From NCBI GenBank assembly GCA_965153355.1, contig OZ231126.1:25110001-25174000 (forward strand): DNA of 64,000 nt, in the 5' to 3' direction. Shown here one piece after another: positions 38,991 to 54,455 of this stretch (positions within the stretch are counted from its first letter, which is position 1; every line of letters begins with the position of its first letter). The notes beneath the pieces are model-generated. The model saw only the letters and a list, made by a program, of their open reading frames with translations. It ran no database searches and was not told the DNA's origin. The translations under genes and the position numbers were made by a program. This DNA is from Flaccisagitta enflata. Taxonomy: Eukaryota.

Positions 38991-40098
38991 GGGCAGCGGC
39001 CCCAAAGGGCCGATGTCCTGTAGAACACAGGGGGGAATTTCCATACGTCCGTCCGTCCGTCCGTCCCCCCCCCGTTGGCCTCAAATTTGCCCTCCCAGCC
39101 CTCAAATTTGCCCTCCCAGCCCTCAATTTAGCCCCCCAGGCCTCAAATCAGTTTTCCAGGCTTCAGATCAGCCCCCCCATCTCAAATCTGACCTCCAGAC
39201 CTCAAATCTGCCTTCCAGACCCTCAATTAGCCTCCAAGCATGAAATGGCCTCCATGGCTTAATTTGCCCTCAAACCTCAGATCAGCTCTCCAAGCCTTAA
39301 TTAGCCCTCAGCCTTCAAATATGCAGCCAGCGGCCTAAATCAGTCATCTAAGGCCTGAAATATGCCCTCAGGACGTATGGAAATTCCTCCTGTGTTCTAC
39401 AGGATATCTGACCTTCTGGGGCCGCTGCTACTCTCTCACTCCATTCTTGGATCACTCCCAGCAGGGCATCGGGTACCGCTGACCATGTGTGATCCTTGGA
39501 TGACTAGTTCTTTTTCTTTTTCTTATTCATCTGCTTTTTGGGCAGCGGCCCCAAAGGGCCGATGTCCTGTAGGACACAGGGGGAATTTTGAGATGTCCGT
39601 CCGTCCGTCCTTCCGTCCTTCCGTCCCCCCCCCCTTGGCCATCGGAGCTTCAAGTCTGCACTGCAGTCTCAGGCCTGATTTTGGCCCTTTGAGCCCTCAA
39701 ATTAGCCCTTTCAGACCTCCATTTAGCCCTTGAGAGCTCAGCTCAGCTCAGCTCTCAGCTCAGCTCTCAGCTCTCCAGACCTCATACCTGCCCTCAAGAC
39801 CTCAAATCAGCCCTCTGGACCTCAAATTCGCCCTCCAGGCCTCAAATCAACTCTCCAGGCCTCAAATTTGTCCTCTAGACCTCAAGCATGCCCCCCAAAA
39901 CTCAAATCTGCTCTTTTGGACTAAATTCTGCCATCCCAACCACAAATCCACATCAGCACGTCTCGAAATTCACCTTTGTGTCCTACAGGACATCGGCCCT
40001 TTGAGGCCGCTGCCCTGCTCTCACTCCACTACTTCACTTGCAAGCAGGGCATCGGGCACCGCTGACCATGTGTGTGGACCATGTGTGTGGATGACTAC
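38991..40098 (+). mobile_element. Two adjacent family A HINE-like copies (38991-39509, 39540-40098)
   Basis: Each has ~45-bp inverted repeats, (GTCC)n, a C-run, a 21-bp-type array and the 3' gcagggcatcggg.accgctgacc tail. Confidence 0.8.
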
Positions 40099-40157
40099 AT
40101 CTTCTTCTTCTGCTTTTTAGCTGCGGACACGCAACTCTAAAAGAGGCTTTTTCCGTC

Positions 40158-40312
40158 CGTCGGTCCGTCGGTCGGTCCGTGGACACGAGTCGAAAAGTGC
40201 AAAAATGAGCGTTTTGAATGGTTTGTGTGTATGTGTCGGGGACATAGGGTATGGATGGGGGTTGGATGCCCCTGCCCACCCGTCCGCAACGATATTGTGA
40301 CCCCGCGTCACT
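40158..40312 (+). mobile_element. Family C HINE-like element
   Basis: ag(t)tgcggacacgcaact...(GTCC)n...cccacccgtccgcaacgatattgtgaccccgcgtcactt; similar copies at 50728-50968 and 47310-47485. Confidence 0.7.
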
Positions 40313-41935
40313 TTTCCTTCTTCTTCTTCTTCTTCTTCTTCTTCTTCTTCTTCTTCTTCTTCTTCTTCTTCTTCTTCTTCTTCTTCTTCTTCTTCTTCTT
40401 CTTCTTCTTCTTCTTCTTCTTCTTCTTCTTCTTCTTCTTCTTCTTCTTCTTCTTCTTCTTCTTTTTTGTTTTTCATCTCTCTCCTTGTTTTCTCAAGAGA
40501 TTATTATTGGCGATCGTGTTTGACATTTGATGAAATCCATTCATTTACGTGGGGCAGTACGTGGTGCAGTACGTGTATCACTGTCTTTTTAGCACATTTC
40601 CATATTTGATACTCTTTATGTGACCTAGCTTTCGTCCTATCATACGTAAATTTGCCAAAAATGTACGATTCGCGCTGTTGAGATTCAAATAGAGCCCATT
40701 TAGCCTTGTTCATGTCCCACTTAACTTTCCTCGACTTTTCCTTGTTTTGTTTTGTTTTGTTTTGTTTTGTTTTGTTTTGTTTTGTTTTGTTTTGTTTTGT
40801 TTTGTTTTGTTTTGTTTTGTTTTGTTTTGTTTTGTTGTATTTTGTTTTGTCTTTACCTCATCTCTCGGTTCACTTGCCTCCACCATTTTCGACATGCCTT
40901 CACCAGTTTCCCTCTCACCTACAGAGTTCATATACCATCGTTTACCTTCTCTGCGACGACTGTCCTCCACAGCTCATTCTTTCCTCTACTATTTTCTCCT
41001 CTCTGCTTTTTTCCTCCCACACTGACACTGTGATCACTTGCCTTATCTTTTCCTTCCACTACACCATTTACCTCCTTTTTTGTGTGTGTCCCTCTTTCCT
41101 CGCTTCCCCGTCGTCTTTTTTCCTCCACTGCGTTTCCCTTCTTTTATTTTCCGGAAGCGTTGTTCCGCTTGCGTGTGGCTCCCGGTTATTTCCTCCGTTT
41201 TCTTTCCTCCTTTTCTTTCCTCCTTTCCTCTCCGTTTTCTTTTCTCCGTTTCTTCCACCCTTTTCTCTCCTCATTCCTTCCCTTCTTCTCTTCCCTCCTT
41301 TCGGTTTTTCGTTCCCTCTTTCCATCCCCCTTTCCTTCTTTTCTTTCCTTATTTTCTTCCCTTCTCTCTTCCCTCCTTTTATTTTTCTCTGTTCTTGCCT
41401 TTTCCCCCTTCTTTTCTTCCCTCCTTTCTTTTCACCGTTTTTTTTCCCTTCTCTCTTTCCTCCTTTCTTTGCGTTTTTCGTTCCCTCTTTCTATCCTCTT
41501 TTCTTTCCACCTAGCTTACGTTCTTTCTTTCCTTCATTTTCTGCCGCTTTCTTACTATTCTTTTTTCGTTTACTTCCCTCCATTTTTCATTTTTCCTCTT
41601 TTGTTGTTTTTACGCTGTTGTTTCTCCTCTCAGTATTTCGTCTATTTCACCATTCTTTTACCATTTCATCCCTACAAAATCATGAAGCACTACGCACTTT
41701 TCTAGTTGTCCTTATTTCTTAAAGCATATACTCTTTAACTCAACACGACACAACGTCCGTTTATTGTCCATCTGACGTTTACCAAATCCCTCAGATTCTG
41801 ATTCAAGGCCCACCAAGGCGCGGGAGTACACTGTAAAATGCTCTGTAGATCCCGAGGCTGTATTTTGATACATTGAAACGGAGGTAAGTTATGAACCAGA
41901 AAAAAATATTGAAAATATATTTGTGGGTGACCGAA

Positions 41936-42924
<989 letters not shown>

Positions 42925-43085
42925 TGACCGAAAGCACAAACTTATCGGGTTACTGCTCAAGTAAAATTCATCGCTTAATGGTATGGAAGTTTAACCTATT
43001 CACGCGATGTGTTTTTGTGGGGGGAAAAGATAAGAATCAATAAGTAGCTCTTTCACTATGTCACGTAGGTTGAGGCACACATATT

Positions 43086-43169
<84 letters not shown>

Positions 43170-43251
43170 TTCTTTTCATTCACCTTTTTCTCATGTGTGT
43201 CCCATCTCTCTCTTGAGCTAAAGAGCGCTTTCTTCCTGATGCATGAATTTG

Positions 43252-43377
<126 letters not shown>

Positions 43378-43656
43378 TCTTTCTCTCTCCCAGTGTTTCA
43401 TTTTCGTCGTCGTCGTCGTCGTCGTCGTCGCGTCTCCGGTGGTTTCGCTCATCGTCCTCATCGTCGTCGTCATCGTCGTTGTCATCGTCGGCAGGTCCAT
43501 AAATCTCCTCCTTGCCCGCGCCTTTGCGTAAGAACTCCTTAACAACGGCCATAAAAACCCACACCGAATAAAATTTGGAATTGTGGCAATTTTTCTACGA
43601 TTTTCATTTTTCAACGTCGCTCAGACGCAGAAGAAAGAGAAAGAAGAAGGCGGAAA

Positions 43657-43716
43657 TTCTTCTTTCCTTCTTTTTATTTCTTCTTTTCTTTCCTTCCTCC
43701 CTTTCCCCAGGTAAGT
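43657..43716 (+). other. Candidate recursive splice site (polypyrimidine-CAG|GTAAGT)
   Basis: About 50 nt almost pure pyrimidine tract and CAG at 43708-43710, immediately followed by the consensus donor GTAAGT. Confidence 0.45.
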
Positions 43717-43764
43717 TATTGCCTCAAAATTGTTTTTGATGCCTGCCCGTTATTTTTACGTTTT

Positions 43765-44175
<411 letters not shown>

Positions 44176-45238
44176 TTTCCAAAAGCGATGGAAGCAAAAT
44201 CATTATCCACCTCCAGACACAAAGAAAAGATGCTATTCGTAACATGCGTTCCACTTCAGCTGATTGAATGATTGATTGATCGATCGCACATCAACTTTTC
44301 TCGTGGATTTAGTTCATGAGGATGATGAATGATTTTTGACTGGTCATCTGATGCGACCCCTCCTGAAACCCCTTCCCTCGCTCGCTGGCATGGCTTTCCT
44401 CCGTTCATCCCTTTCCTCCTCCTCCTCCTCTTCCTCCTCGTAGTGCTCTTCCGCCTCCGCCTCCTCCTCATCATCTTTCTGGACTCCTCCTCCTCCTCGC
44501 CAATATTTCTGATTCCCACATTCACTTGGTGCATCATTAATAAGCCTTATGCCTCATGCTAAGACCTTGTCCCGACGTTATGATAGACGCGCTCACTTCC
44601 GTTTGCCGTTTCGATTTTCGAGGCACAAATCTGTGGGGGCCATGCATTGGGGTGGGGCTGAAAGGGCCATGCATTTTGGAGGGGCTAACAGTGTCCCTGT
44701 TCCGTGACCACTATCCTCCTCTCGCCTTTTCTCAATCTCGTGACATTCTTTCGTCACCTTATGAAGATATCCAGAGTATTTTCTATAGTTAGAAAAAAGT
44801 CGTAGAAAGGAACAAATAGGCGCTTTTTACTTTAGTCGCGTGCTAGTGACTATTGAGTTTGGGCAAGAATGAAAAAAAACCTTTGACATGCTTGGAGTGA
44901 TGCGCGTAGTTACTAATCATAGAGGGCAGAAAATGTCCTCTTCCGAATCTTTTTAGTTTGAGTTTGCTGAGTGATATTGTTCTACTTGCCATGCAAAATA
45001 ATAAATCCAATTTAGCTTATTTTCAGGAACAAACCGACATTTTTAATCAGACAGACCGTGCAAGCACTTCAGTGGCATAAAAATACGATGCCATTGGTGT
45101 GGAGTGGTTTCATTCTGATGCCACTTCTTGCTTTGGCATGGCAACCTTATTCCCTCGAATTGGAAAAAATGTTTCTTAAGTTTGAAACTTCAAGTTCAAA
45201 CGTCTCCCTCTTTTGAAGAAACAAAGAAACAGACAGAA

Positions 45239-45330
<92 letters not shown>

Positions 45331-47822
45331 GAATAGGCAAATACATAGACAGACAGGCAAACACCAATCAATGTGAAAAGGCAGACTTAAGTCGAGCGAA
45401 GGGACTACCTTCGATCAGTCACTCCGCTGTCATCGTGTCAGGAAGCGTATGTTGAATCTCCTCTCTCTCTCAAATCTTCCCCCATCCATCTTATTGTAGA
45501 CACTTGGAGAAATTCCAATTACCAATGACTTGTCAGAGAGAGAGAGGGACGAAGTGACATCGCATTTTGACCAATGGCGCTAAAAAGAGGACACAATTGA
45601 CATGGAACTTTGACCAATGAAAACGCGGAGAGGCCGAGAGCGACATTTGGATTCCATTTCTGACGGGACTGACGTTGAGAGAGAGGATATTTCGGTTATC
45701 CGTCGAATGACATCATGAAGTGGCATCTCTCGAGATTGAAAATGTCATTTTGTCGCCCGTCGATCTGTCTTCCGATTATGTATGGATGACAGAAATCTAA
45801 CAGATTTACTCGTGAACAGACAGAATCAAATGTGTCTTTTTACATATGGGAGGAGTGGATGAATATGCGGACGGGGACTTAACTAGATTCCCTGCTTGTA
45901 TGATGACTAAGATTTGATGAAAACAGAGTCCACCAAACCAAGCAAAAAGGCGGTGGATCGTCAAGCATATGTATCAACAACCAACAGACAGACGGACTAA
46001 CCGACGGATACTTGTAGATCTACCTTTGGCGCAGATAGAAACATGAGTTTTGAAATTTTGATAACGCACAAACCAAAATCAGAGAGTCCATTCAGAAAAT
46101 GGTTAAACGATGCACTTCTACCAATGGAAAACGAGATTCATCGACGAACCTGTTGTTTTTTTGTTTGTTTGTTTTTTCGCTAAACACTGCATGTCAAAAA
46201 TATGAAACTCGTGATGGGTTGGACATAGTCGTTCCCCAACGCCTCACGCAAAATGGTCATGTGAATCCATCTAAATACACTGACACAGACAAAGAACATA
46301 CATTTGCTCAGTCTCATATGTTAGATACTGATTCGCTTGTACCATTAGCCCGTTATTGGACATAAAAGAAAGCAAAAGGACAGAAGGAGGGCTTTTAAAA
46401 TGGGTGCCCGACAAAAGGAGTTTTCCAGTCCCTCGGATCCACAAGCGGGCTTGGAGGAGGGATGCCTTGTTTAACTTCCATTTAAATCGGATTCAAGACA
46501 AATTGAAACCGTAGAAAAGAGAATTGCAATTATCAAAGCAATTCATTCGTTTTATTTTATCCTCGACCTTGCGAGCGATAAATCTAGCAGTGGGTTCCAC
46601 CTCTCGCGGCTCCAACTCGCGTCACTGCGCGGCCGATCTGCGCTGCAAACCCACGCTTGCGCTCAATGAGGCACTGCTTTGAGCTCACTAGATGTGAAAA
46701 TTGAGCGAACTGATTGAGGCAACATAAAGCGAAACTAGTGAACCGGCTGATTAAGGCTGACTTAGGCAGCAATGGCGTAACAAGTGAGATATCGTGAATC
46801 CTTTAAGAATAAGCAGCTATCATGAAAGGCTGGTAAAAGCCAGTTTGGAAAAAAACGTTGAAACATCGACCGACCACGGCCTTGCTTGTCTGTAAGCTGT
46901 TAAACACCATTCACGGGCACGACCTTTCTTCGGTTTTTTTCTCATTCAAATTTTTAATCTGATCCTTGGATTTGCTCATCTGCCGAGTTCAAATTCTGAT
47001 GCCAAATGTTTTGTCCTTGGCCCTGAAATAACGACGCTCTCAGCAAAATGAGACACCGTTGCCTTCGGTTCTACAAGTCTATCTAGCTAGAGCATTGTGG
47101 TCTGACCGTACGTATTTCACAATGTAGAATCAACAACTTTGCATGACCAGATTACCCCCGAGCCTGAAAGAAAAGTCTTGGATTCCTCCGGATAGTGGTC
47201 GCTTACTTCTTTTTTTTTTTTATTTGTGTCAAAAAGTTCTGTAATCATTCTAGTTCATAGGTCTTCAAACAGTCTCACCATATCGCAATTTTCATTTTCT
47301 TTTTTCCCCTGTTCATCCGTTGGACCATCAGTCCATCGGTCGGTCCAAAAGCTCAAGTCGAAAAGTGGGAAAACATGCGTCGTAGGTGTATTTTGTGTAT
47401 GTGTGTGGAGGAGGGGGCGTTTGGATGGGAGTTGGACGCCTCTGCCCACCTGTCCGTGAAGATATTGTGACCCCGCGTCAGTTGTTCTGCGATTCTTCGT
47501 ACAATCCTCTTTCCTGCATCCATGATCATCTCCTCAGCCCTCCCATTTGATACTTTTATATTTCTTCTCTTATTTTATTCTTCACTCAGTCCTACAGTTT
47601 CACCCATTCCTCCAGTTTCGCCCTTCCCTACGCCTTTCCCTTCATCTTTTCTCCCTGTTCTCCTTCTCCTTCTCCCCCTCCTCTTCCTCCTCGTCATCTT
47701 CCTCCATCCCCTCTTCCTCCTCTTCATCTTCCTCCTATCTCCCTCGTCTCCTCTTCTTTCCCTTTGCGCCGGGCCTCTCGATGACGCTGATGTTATTGCT
47801 GGACATAAATCTTGCAATCTGG

Positions 47823-47998
<176 letters not shown>

Positions 47999-49635
47999 TT
48001 TCTGTCTCTGTCTCTGTCTCGTTTTTTGATCCACTCGAGTTGCCCTGGCGAATACGGGATATGGGCCAAGGGAACCAAACAAACCATGGGACCGGCGCCG
48101 CGCCGAGGGAAAAGAGGAGCCTTGCCGCTTTTGGGTGCCTGAAATCTGGTGGAGAGATAAGTCGTATGTGTGGGAGTGCATTTGGGAATAGCTCGCTATG
48201 AGTATAAGCACAAGTTTCAATAAAAAAAAAGTGCGCGATAAAAGGTGTGTAGCAAGAATAACTACAACGTGTGAGAGTAGGTGTGGTTGTAAGACAGAAT
48301 TGTTATGACATTTTTGTGAGAGGGGTGTGTTGAAACCCTGGATTGTAATTTCAAATCAATGCGAAATAGAATTTGGCTGTTGTTCTTAGTGAGACTGTGG
48401 ACAATGAGATGAGAGAAATATATTTTCTAAAATCTCCCTCATCCTGGGGCAAGACTTTATGGAAATTTTAGAAAAAATGTCTGCTTGGTTAGGCATAGAA
48501 GGATTCATTGTGTTTGTGAGATGAGGGAATCGATCAGGAGCTAGTTTGAGTTTTTGCGTGATCCCATTCTGGGGAGTGGGAAGTGGCGGGGTGAGGGGGG
48601 GGGGGGTAAAAAGGGGTCAAAGGATAAACCAAACGTTGATTCATGCCCAGTAGAGCTTGGCGAGGGTTCGACTGTCTGGGTCCAACCATGGTCCTTTCGT
48701 CTCCCTTAGTAAACTGAAAGTAAACTGAAAGTAAATAGTTCAAAGGGTGTTAAGGGATATCAACTATGGCAACATTTACCCCACATATTTTGTTCTCACT
48801 ATTCTTTCTTTGTTCCTTTCTTTCTAACCGACTGGCCGACAATTTCTTGCATAATTTTCCTGATTTTCCTTTTTTTTTTCAGCCTCATCATCGCTTTTTT
48901 TTTTCCTTTTTTTTTGTCTTTTTTTTTTGTCTTTTTTTTTTGTCTTTTTTATATGCTGCAGTTGGCTCATTGGAACTCAAAACTAAGCCAAGTGCAGCAG
49001 ATTCGTTTTGCAAGATTCAACCGATATGAAAGTTGATGTTTTGGATGAAATCATTTGAGAACGTGGCTTATGAAAACGGTTCGAGCGCTGTTGGGTTTCA
49101 ATGCAGCTCCTAGGTTCATTTGCATCCAACGCGTTATGAAGAGATTGGTCGCAGTGGAACCTATCACCAGCGTACCACGCCCACAATAAACACACCCGCG
49201 TCCCAGAGTGAACACACCAACCATGAACACACCCCGTTGCCCTTTCCCACAGAAACACACTCACTATGAACACACCCATAATGAACACATCCACGTCCCA
49301 AAGTGAACATACCTACAATGAACTCAAAATGAATACACCCAAAATGAACACACCCCCTTCCGACAGTGAACAAATCCAAAATGAACACACCCAAGTCCAA
49401 CAGTGAACAGACCCACAATGAATATATCGAGATGGCGTCGTGTAAATCGGGACGCACTCTTTTTCATCGTTTATCAATTATCAAATAGCTGCAAGACCAT
49501 GTCGCTCAGTTCGTTACTCTGTTGGTCAGATGGACAGTTAAGCAATGAGCATGGAGATTTTGACCCTTTCTTAACCGCATAGAATCTGACGTATAGTAGG
49601 CAATCCATTAGTCCACCAACCGCTACTCCAGGTAT

Positions 49636-50028
49636 ACCATACGACTCAATAAAAAAGACGCAGTTTTAGATGGCTAATTGTACCTATGAATCTTAAAAAA
49701 ATTCATCAAAATCTTAGGTCATCTGGAAGCCCTTCAAAAGCACTTTCATTTGGTGCCAATCTGGTATTGCTATCTTTTTTTCATTTAGAAATGGTATTGG
49801 TTTGAATAAAAAAGTTGCCCATTTCAGTCTTGCAATCCCTATATAAAAATGCATTTTACCAAATTAGTACTTGTCTTTGCAAGGCTCTAGCGTCTAAACC
49901 GTTTGAGATACAGGCCTGGGATTGGTACGGTTTGAAATTTTTTTAATCCCTTTTAAAGTATTTAAAATCAATTTTTTTACTTGTTTTGATAATTAATAAA
50001 GAGGTGCTGCTCTTTTTTAACCGAATGG
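49636..50028. mobile_element. Degenerate TA-flanked MITE
   Basis: Imperfect TIR ccatacga..aaaaaagacgcag / ctgctcttttttaaccgaatgg; shares internal sequence with 13444-13689. Confidence 0.5.
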
Positions 50029-50589
50029 TAGGTCTAGTCCTAAGTTTGATGATTTTCCACGCTTGCCCATGTTTTCATGCCATTGTCTACAAACAAATTT
50101 AGTTTCTCTTTAGTCATCTCCGTGCACGCCCGCAAATCACTTTTGTCGTAACGTGCGCGTGTGTGCACGTGAACTCGTGTGTGTTTGTGTGCGCGGGTGT
50201 CTAGAAAAGGATGTGAGGGGTCAGCGAAGGCGTTGAAACTTGAGTATGCAAATGAGATTTTTCTCTCTTGTCGCTTTTGTCGACGCGGGATTTTTTCGCA
50301 TCGTCAGGGGAATCGCGGATGCTTTCAAACGACTTTTTAATGACGATACGACAACATTCAATTCCAGAATATATTCCATTTCCAACTCTTCTTCTTCTTT
50401 TCCTCTTATTTTTTTTTTCATTCCTATACTTTTTTTCTTTCTTTCAGTCTTTTTATTTCTTCCTTCCCACCTTTCTTTTTTCCTTCCTTCCTTTCCTCCT
50501 TCCTTTCTTCCTTCCCTCCTCGCTTCCTTCCTTCTTTCCTTCCTTCTTCCATTCTTCCTTGCTCCGTCTCTCATTTCCTTCCACAATTT

Positions 50590-50621
<32 letters not shown>

Positions 50622-50638
50622 TCGTTCTTTCTTTCTTT

Positions 50639-50693
<55 letters not shown>

Positions 50694-50727
50694 TCTTTCT
50701 TTCTTTCTTTCTTTCTTTCAATCTTTT

Positions 50728-50968
50728 AAGTTGCGGACACGCAACTCTATAAGAAGCTTTGTCCGTCCATTGGTCCCTCCATTGGTCCGTCCATTAGTCT
50801 GTCCGTTGGTCCGTCCGTTGGTCCACACGAGTTGAAAAGTGGGAAAAACGAGCGTTTTAGATTTTTTAGGGGGTATGTGTGTTTGTATGGAGGGGGGGTT
50901 GACTATGCATGGGGGGTGGATGCCCCTGCCCACCCGTCCGCAACGATATGATGACCCGCGTCACTTGT
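50728..50968 (+). mobile_element. Family C HINE-like element
   Basis: agttgcggacacgcaact 5' stem-loop, gtcc repeats, 3' gtccgcaac + tgacccgcgtca hairpin + cttgtt. Confidence 0.72.
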
Positions 50969-51604
50969 TTCTTTCCTTACCTCTTTCTTTCATTCATTCA
51001 TTCGTTCTTCCTTTCTCCATTCTTTTTACAATACCTTTTTCTCTGCCTGTCTTTCTGCATATGTCTCCTTCGTTTCTATCTCAGTTACTCTCCTTCTTTA
51101 GACTTCTTATCCTTAGTTAATGAAACCTGGCTTCCTCTTTAGACTCATTGTTTCCGGACTACTCAACAATTTTGGTCATCTCCGGCGTCAATTTAAAATG
51201 GCCGATGAAAGTATGGCTAGAAGTATAAATTATTTTCTTAATATCTTCTCTGAGATCAGATTCCACTGCACACAAACCTGCCTAACCTCAAGGAAATGTT
51301 TCCCCGATTATTTTAACTCTAAAACCCTCTTCACTGTCAGGAAAAGCAACTTTGTTTTTTCCTCTTTCGTCTCTTTCGCTGCGACGTAATTTGTAGCAGA
51401 GTGCTTCATGCAAATGAGGCTAAAGCAGCTTTTTCCATAAAATGAGGCGGAGACTCCGCAAACGAGTCTTTGACTTTTGAGGCGTTCAGCCCAACAAACA
51501 ACGTAAAAACGCCAATTCTCTCTTCTGATCTCCCCTTTTCAGTTTGTGTATACGCAACTCTAAGCTTTATTTTGTTGGTTGGATCCTGTTAGTTATTTGA
51601 TTTA

Positions 51605-51635
<31 letters not shown>

Positions 51636-52539
51636 GCCCGTCTGTCTCTCTGTCTGTATATCCACTCGTCAGCTCATTGATAAATAACTTTTATCGCTTT
51701 TTTCATTCTTTTTGGGACCCTTCTGCCCCTACCCAAATACAGATAACTTCTTCCGCTATGTATCTGGCCTTAAATAGGCCTTGCGGCCCCTGCCCAAATC
51801 AGAGCAACCACATTTGCTGTCTTCACGGCCTTGTTTGGTCTCATTTCCCCTACCTAGCCACCCGCACCTACATTTAGCGTGACCTGACGCGGTTTGGCCT
51901 AACTGCCCCTACCCAATAAAGCGTCACTAGCTTTTCTGTTTGTCTGGCCTTGCTTTCATTTTCTCTTCTGTTTGCATCGTCAATCCTTACCTAATCCCGA
52001 TTCAACAAACAGTGGAAAAGACCAAATCTTTGAAGGAACGCAATTCCGTCTTCGTCTCTCTTCTTCCTTTTTCATTCCCAAACAATGACGCACAAAATCT
52101 AGATTACATGTAAACAAACCAAGAACATTAATTTCTCATTGTGCAATTACTGTTTTCTGGTATCCGTCTTAGAAAAAAGTAACATGTTTGATGTATGTGA
52201 TGTGTGCAACAATTCATCCTATATAAAACTCATACAATTATCCAAATAAACATTATACTTTAAAGAAAATCTGAAAAAATACGGACATTTATATAGTGTA
52301 AGCTTCCATTACATACACATACATACCTAAAATATGTTTTTTTGAAACGCTATCAAAATTCCTCTGGTACATACTTTTTACTAAATGTGTAATATTTCTT
52401 CTATTTAAAACAAAATTTCAAGTATATTCTAGAAAAAAATATTAAACATTTTAGGGGAAGGGTATTGTTAGAGCTGTCCTCTGGCATTGATCGGGACCAT
52501 CAACTCAGCCCAATTTTGGTTAAAATGTATGTAAAGCAA

Positions 52540-52637
<98 letters not shown>

Positions 52638-52654
52638 GCTGTCTTATCTCTGCA

Positions 52655-52698
<44 letters not shown>

Positions 52699-53036
52699 TT
52701 TTTTCGCTCTCTTTCCCTTCCTTCCTTTACTCCTCTCTTTTTCCCTCCTTCCTCCTGCCTCCCTCCCTTCTCTCCCCCCTTCTCCCCTCCTCTCCTCTCC
52801 TCCCTCCTTCATTCTCTTCTCTCCTTCCTCCTCACACTCTCCATCATCCTATCGGCGTTTTCGTTGGCGGTTTTTTTGTATCGGCAATCGAGTCAGAAGC
52901 GGTATTCAAACTAATGGTTTTTGCCATAGACCTTGACTACAAGAAGCCGGAAAATTTGAATTGATGATTCTTTCAGCCTTCAAGTCTCCTGGCCTTTGAA
53001 AAAAAGAGAGGAAAGTGTCACCCTTCACGGGTCGTC

Positions 53037-53750
53037 GCCGCCACCCAGCTGCGTCACTTTCCACGCCACCCAGCTGCGTCAATTTCCATGCCACCCAATT
53101 GCGTCATTTTCTACGGCATCCAGCTGCATCACTTTACACATCACCCAGCTGTGTCACTTTCCACGCCAACCAGCTGCGTCACTTTTCACACCACCCAGCT
53201 GCGTCACTTTCCACGCCATCCAGCTGCGTCACTTTCCATGCCACCCAATTGCGTCATTTTCTACGGCATCCAGCTGCATCACTTTACACATCACCCAGCT
53301 GTGTCACTTTCCACGCCAACCAGCTGCATCACTTTTCACACCACCCAGCTGCGTCACTTTCCACGCCATCCAGCAGCGTCACTTTCCACGCCATCCAGCT
53401 GCGTCACTTTCGATGCCACCCAGCTGCGTCAATTTCCACACCATACAGCTGTATCACTTTCCACGCCACCCAGCTAAGTCGCTTTCCACGCCACCCAATT
53501 GCCTCAAGTTCCACGCAACCCAGCTGCGATACTTTACACGCCACCCAAATGTGAACTTTCCACGCCATCCAGCTGTGTCACTTTCCTTGCCACCCAGCTG
53601 CGTCACTTTCCACCACCTAACTGCGTCACTTTCCACGCCATCCAGCTGTGTCACTTTCCTTGCCACCCAGCTGCGTCTCTTTCCAACCCACCCAGCTGCA
53701 TCACTTTCCACGCCATCCAGCTACGTCATCTTCAACGTTTCCCAGCTATG
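53037..53750. repeat. 25-bp minisatellite (about 28 copies) with a 150-bp higher-order duplication
   Basis: Unit ccacgccacccagctgcgtcacttt; the variant pattern at about 53083-53232 repeats at about 53233-53382. Confidence 0.95.
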
Positions 53751-54455
53751 TTAACTCACACACCATATAGCTGCGTCATTTTCCACATTGTCTATCTACA
53801 TAGTTTTACACACCAACTCGCTCTACAAACTTTCTTGCATTTGATCTGCGTTACTTCCTGTGCTTACTTGCTGCATGAAAACATTTGTGCATTAGTTTCC
53901 ATCGCCATGCCGGCCATATGCAGTCACATAGTATGGTACTGCATCACCAAGCTGTTTTTATTTCCGTCACACGACGCTGCGCCACTTCCCTTGCCACCGA
54001 GCTGTGCCAATTTCTGAACCAGCTATTTGTATCAGTTTACACGCCACCAAGCTACGTCATTCTCATTATCCTCACGCCAACCAGTTGCATCAATTAAGCT
54101 GACACAACTGCCTTACTCTACTTGCTCTACTTGGAACCAGTTGCATCAATTAAGCTGACACAACTGCGTTACTCTACTTGCTGCTGGGGATCCATCCGTA
54201 GTCACCTCCTGGCCACCTATCTGCAGTCATGTCCTAAAGTATCTTTTTTTAGTCACTTTCCATACCCCTCAGCTCGGTTCCTCACCTACCGTCGTCGTCA
54301 CTTACCATAAATACGATTATGTTAGGGTGAGGTAAGAGAAAAGGGGCTGTTGAAAAAGAAAGAAAGGAAAAAGTGCAAAAATAGGAGAGAGATTTCTTAC
54401 CATCCGCGTCACCATTCATGTCATCTTTTATTCCGTTATTCTTGTACTGCTTTTT

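Noticed and set aside
40706-41722. 338-aa Phe/Leu/Ser/Pro-rich ORF resembling a membrane protein
   Set aside because: It is a polypyrimidine low-complexity tract, open in multiple frames.
43380-43564. Acidic poly-Asp ORF on the minus strand
   Set aside because: Derived from (TCG)n and (GA)n repeats; no convincing minus-strand splice sites or domain.
52996-54017. Overlapping 130-250-aa ORFs
   Set aside because: The 25-bp repeat unit lacks stop codons, so several frames are open; artefact.
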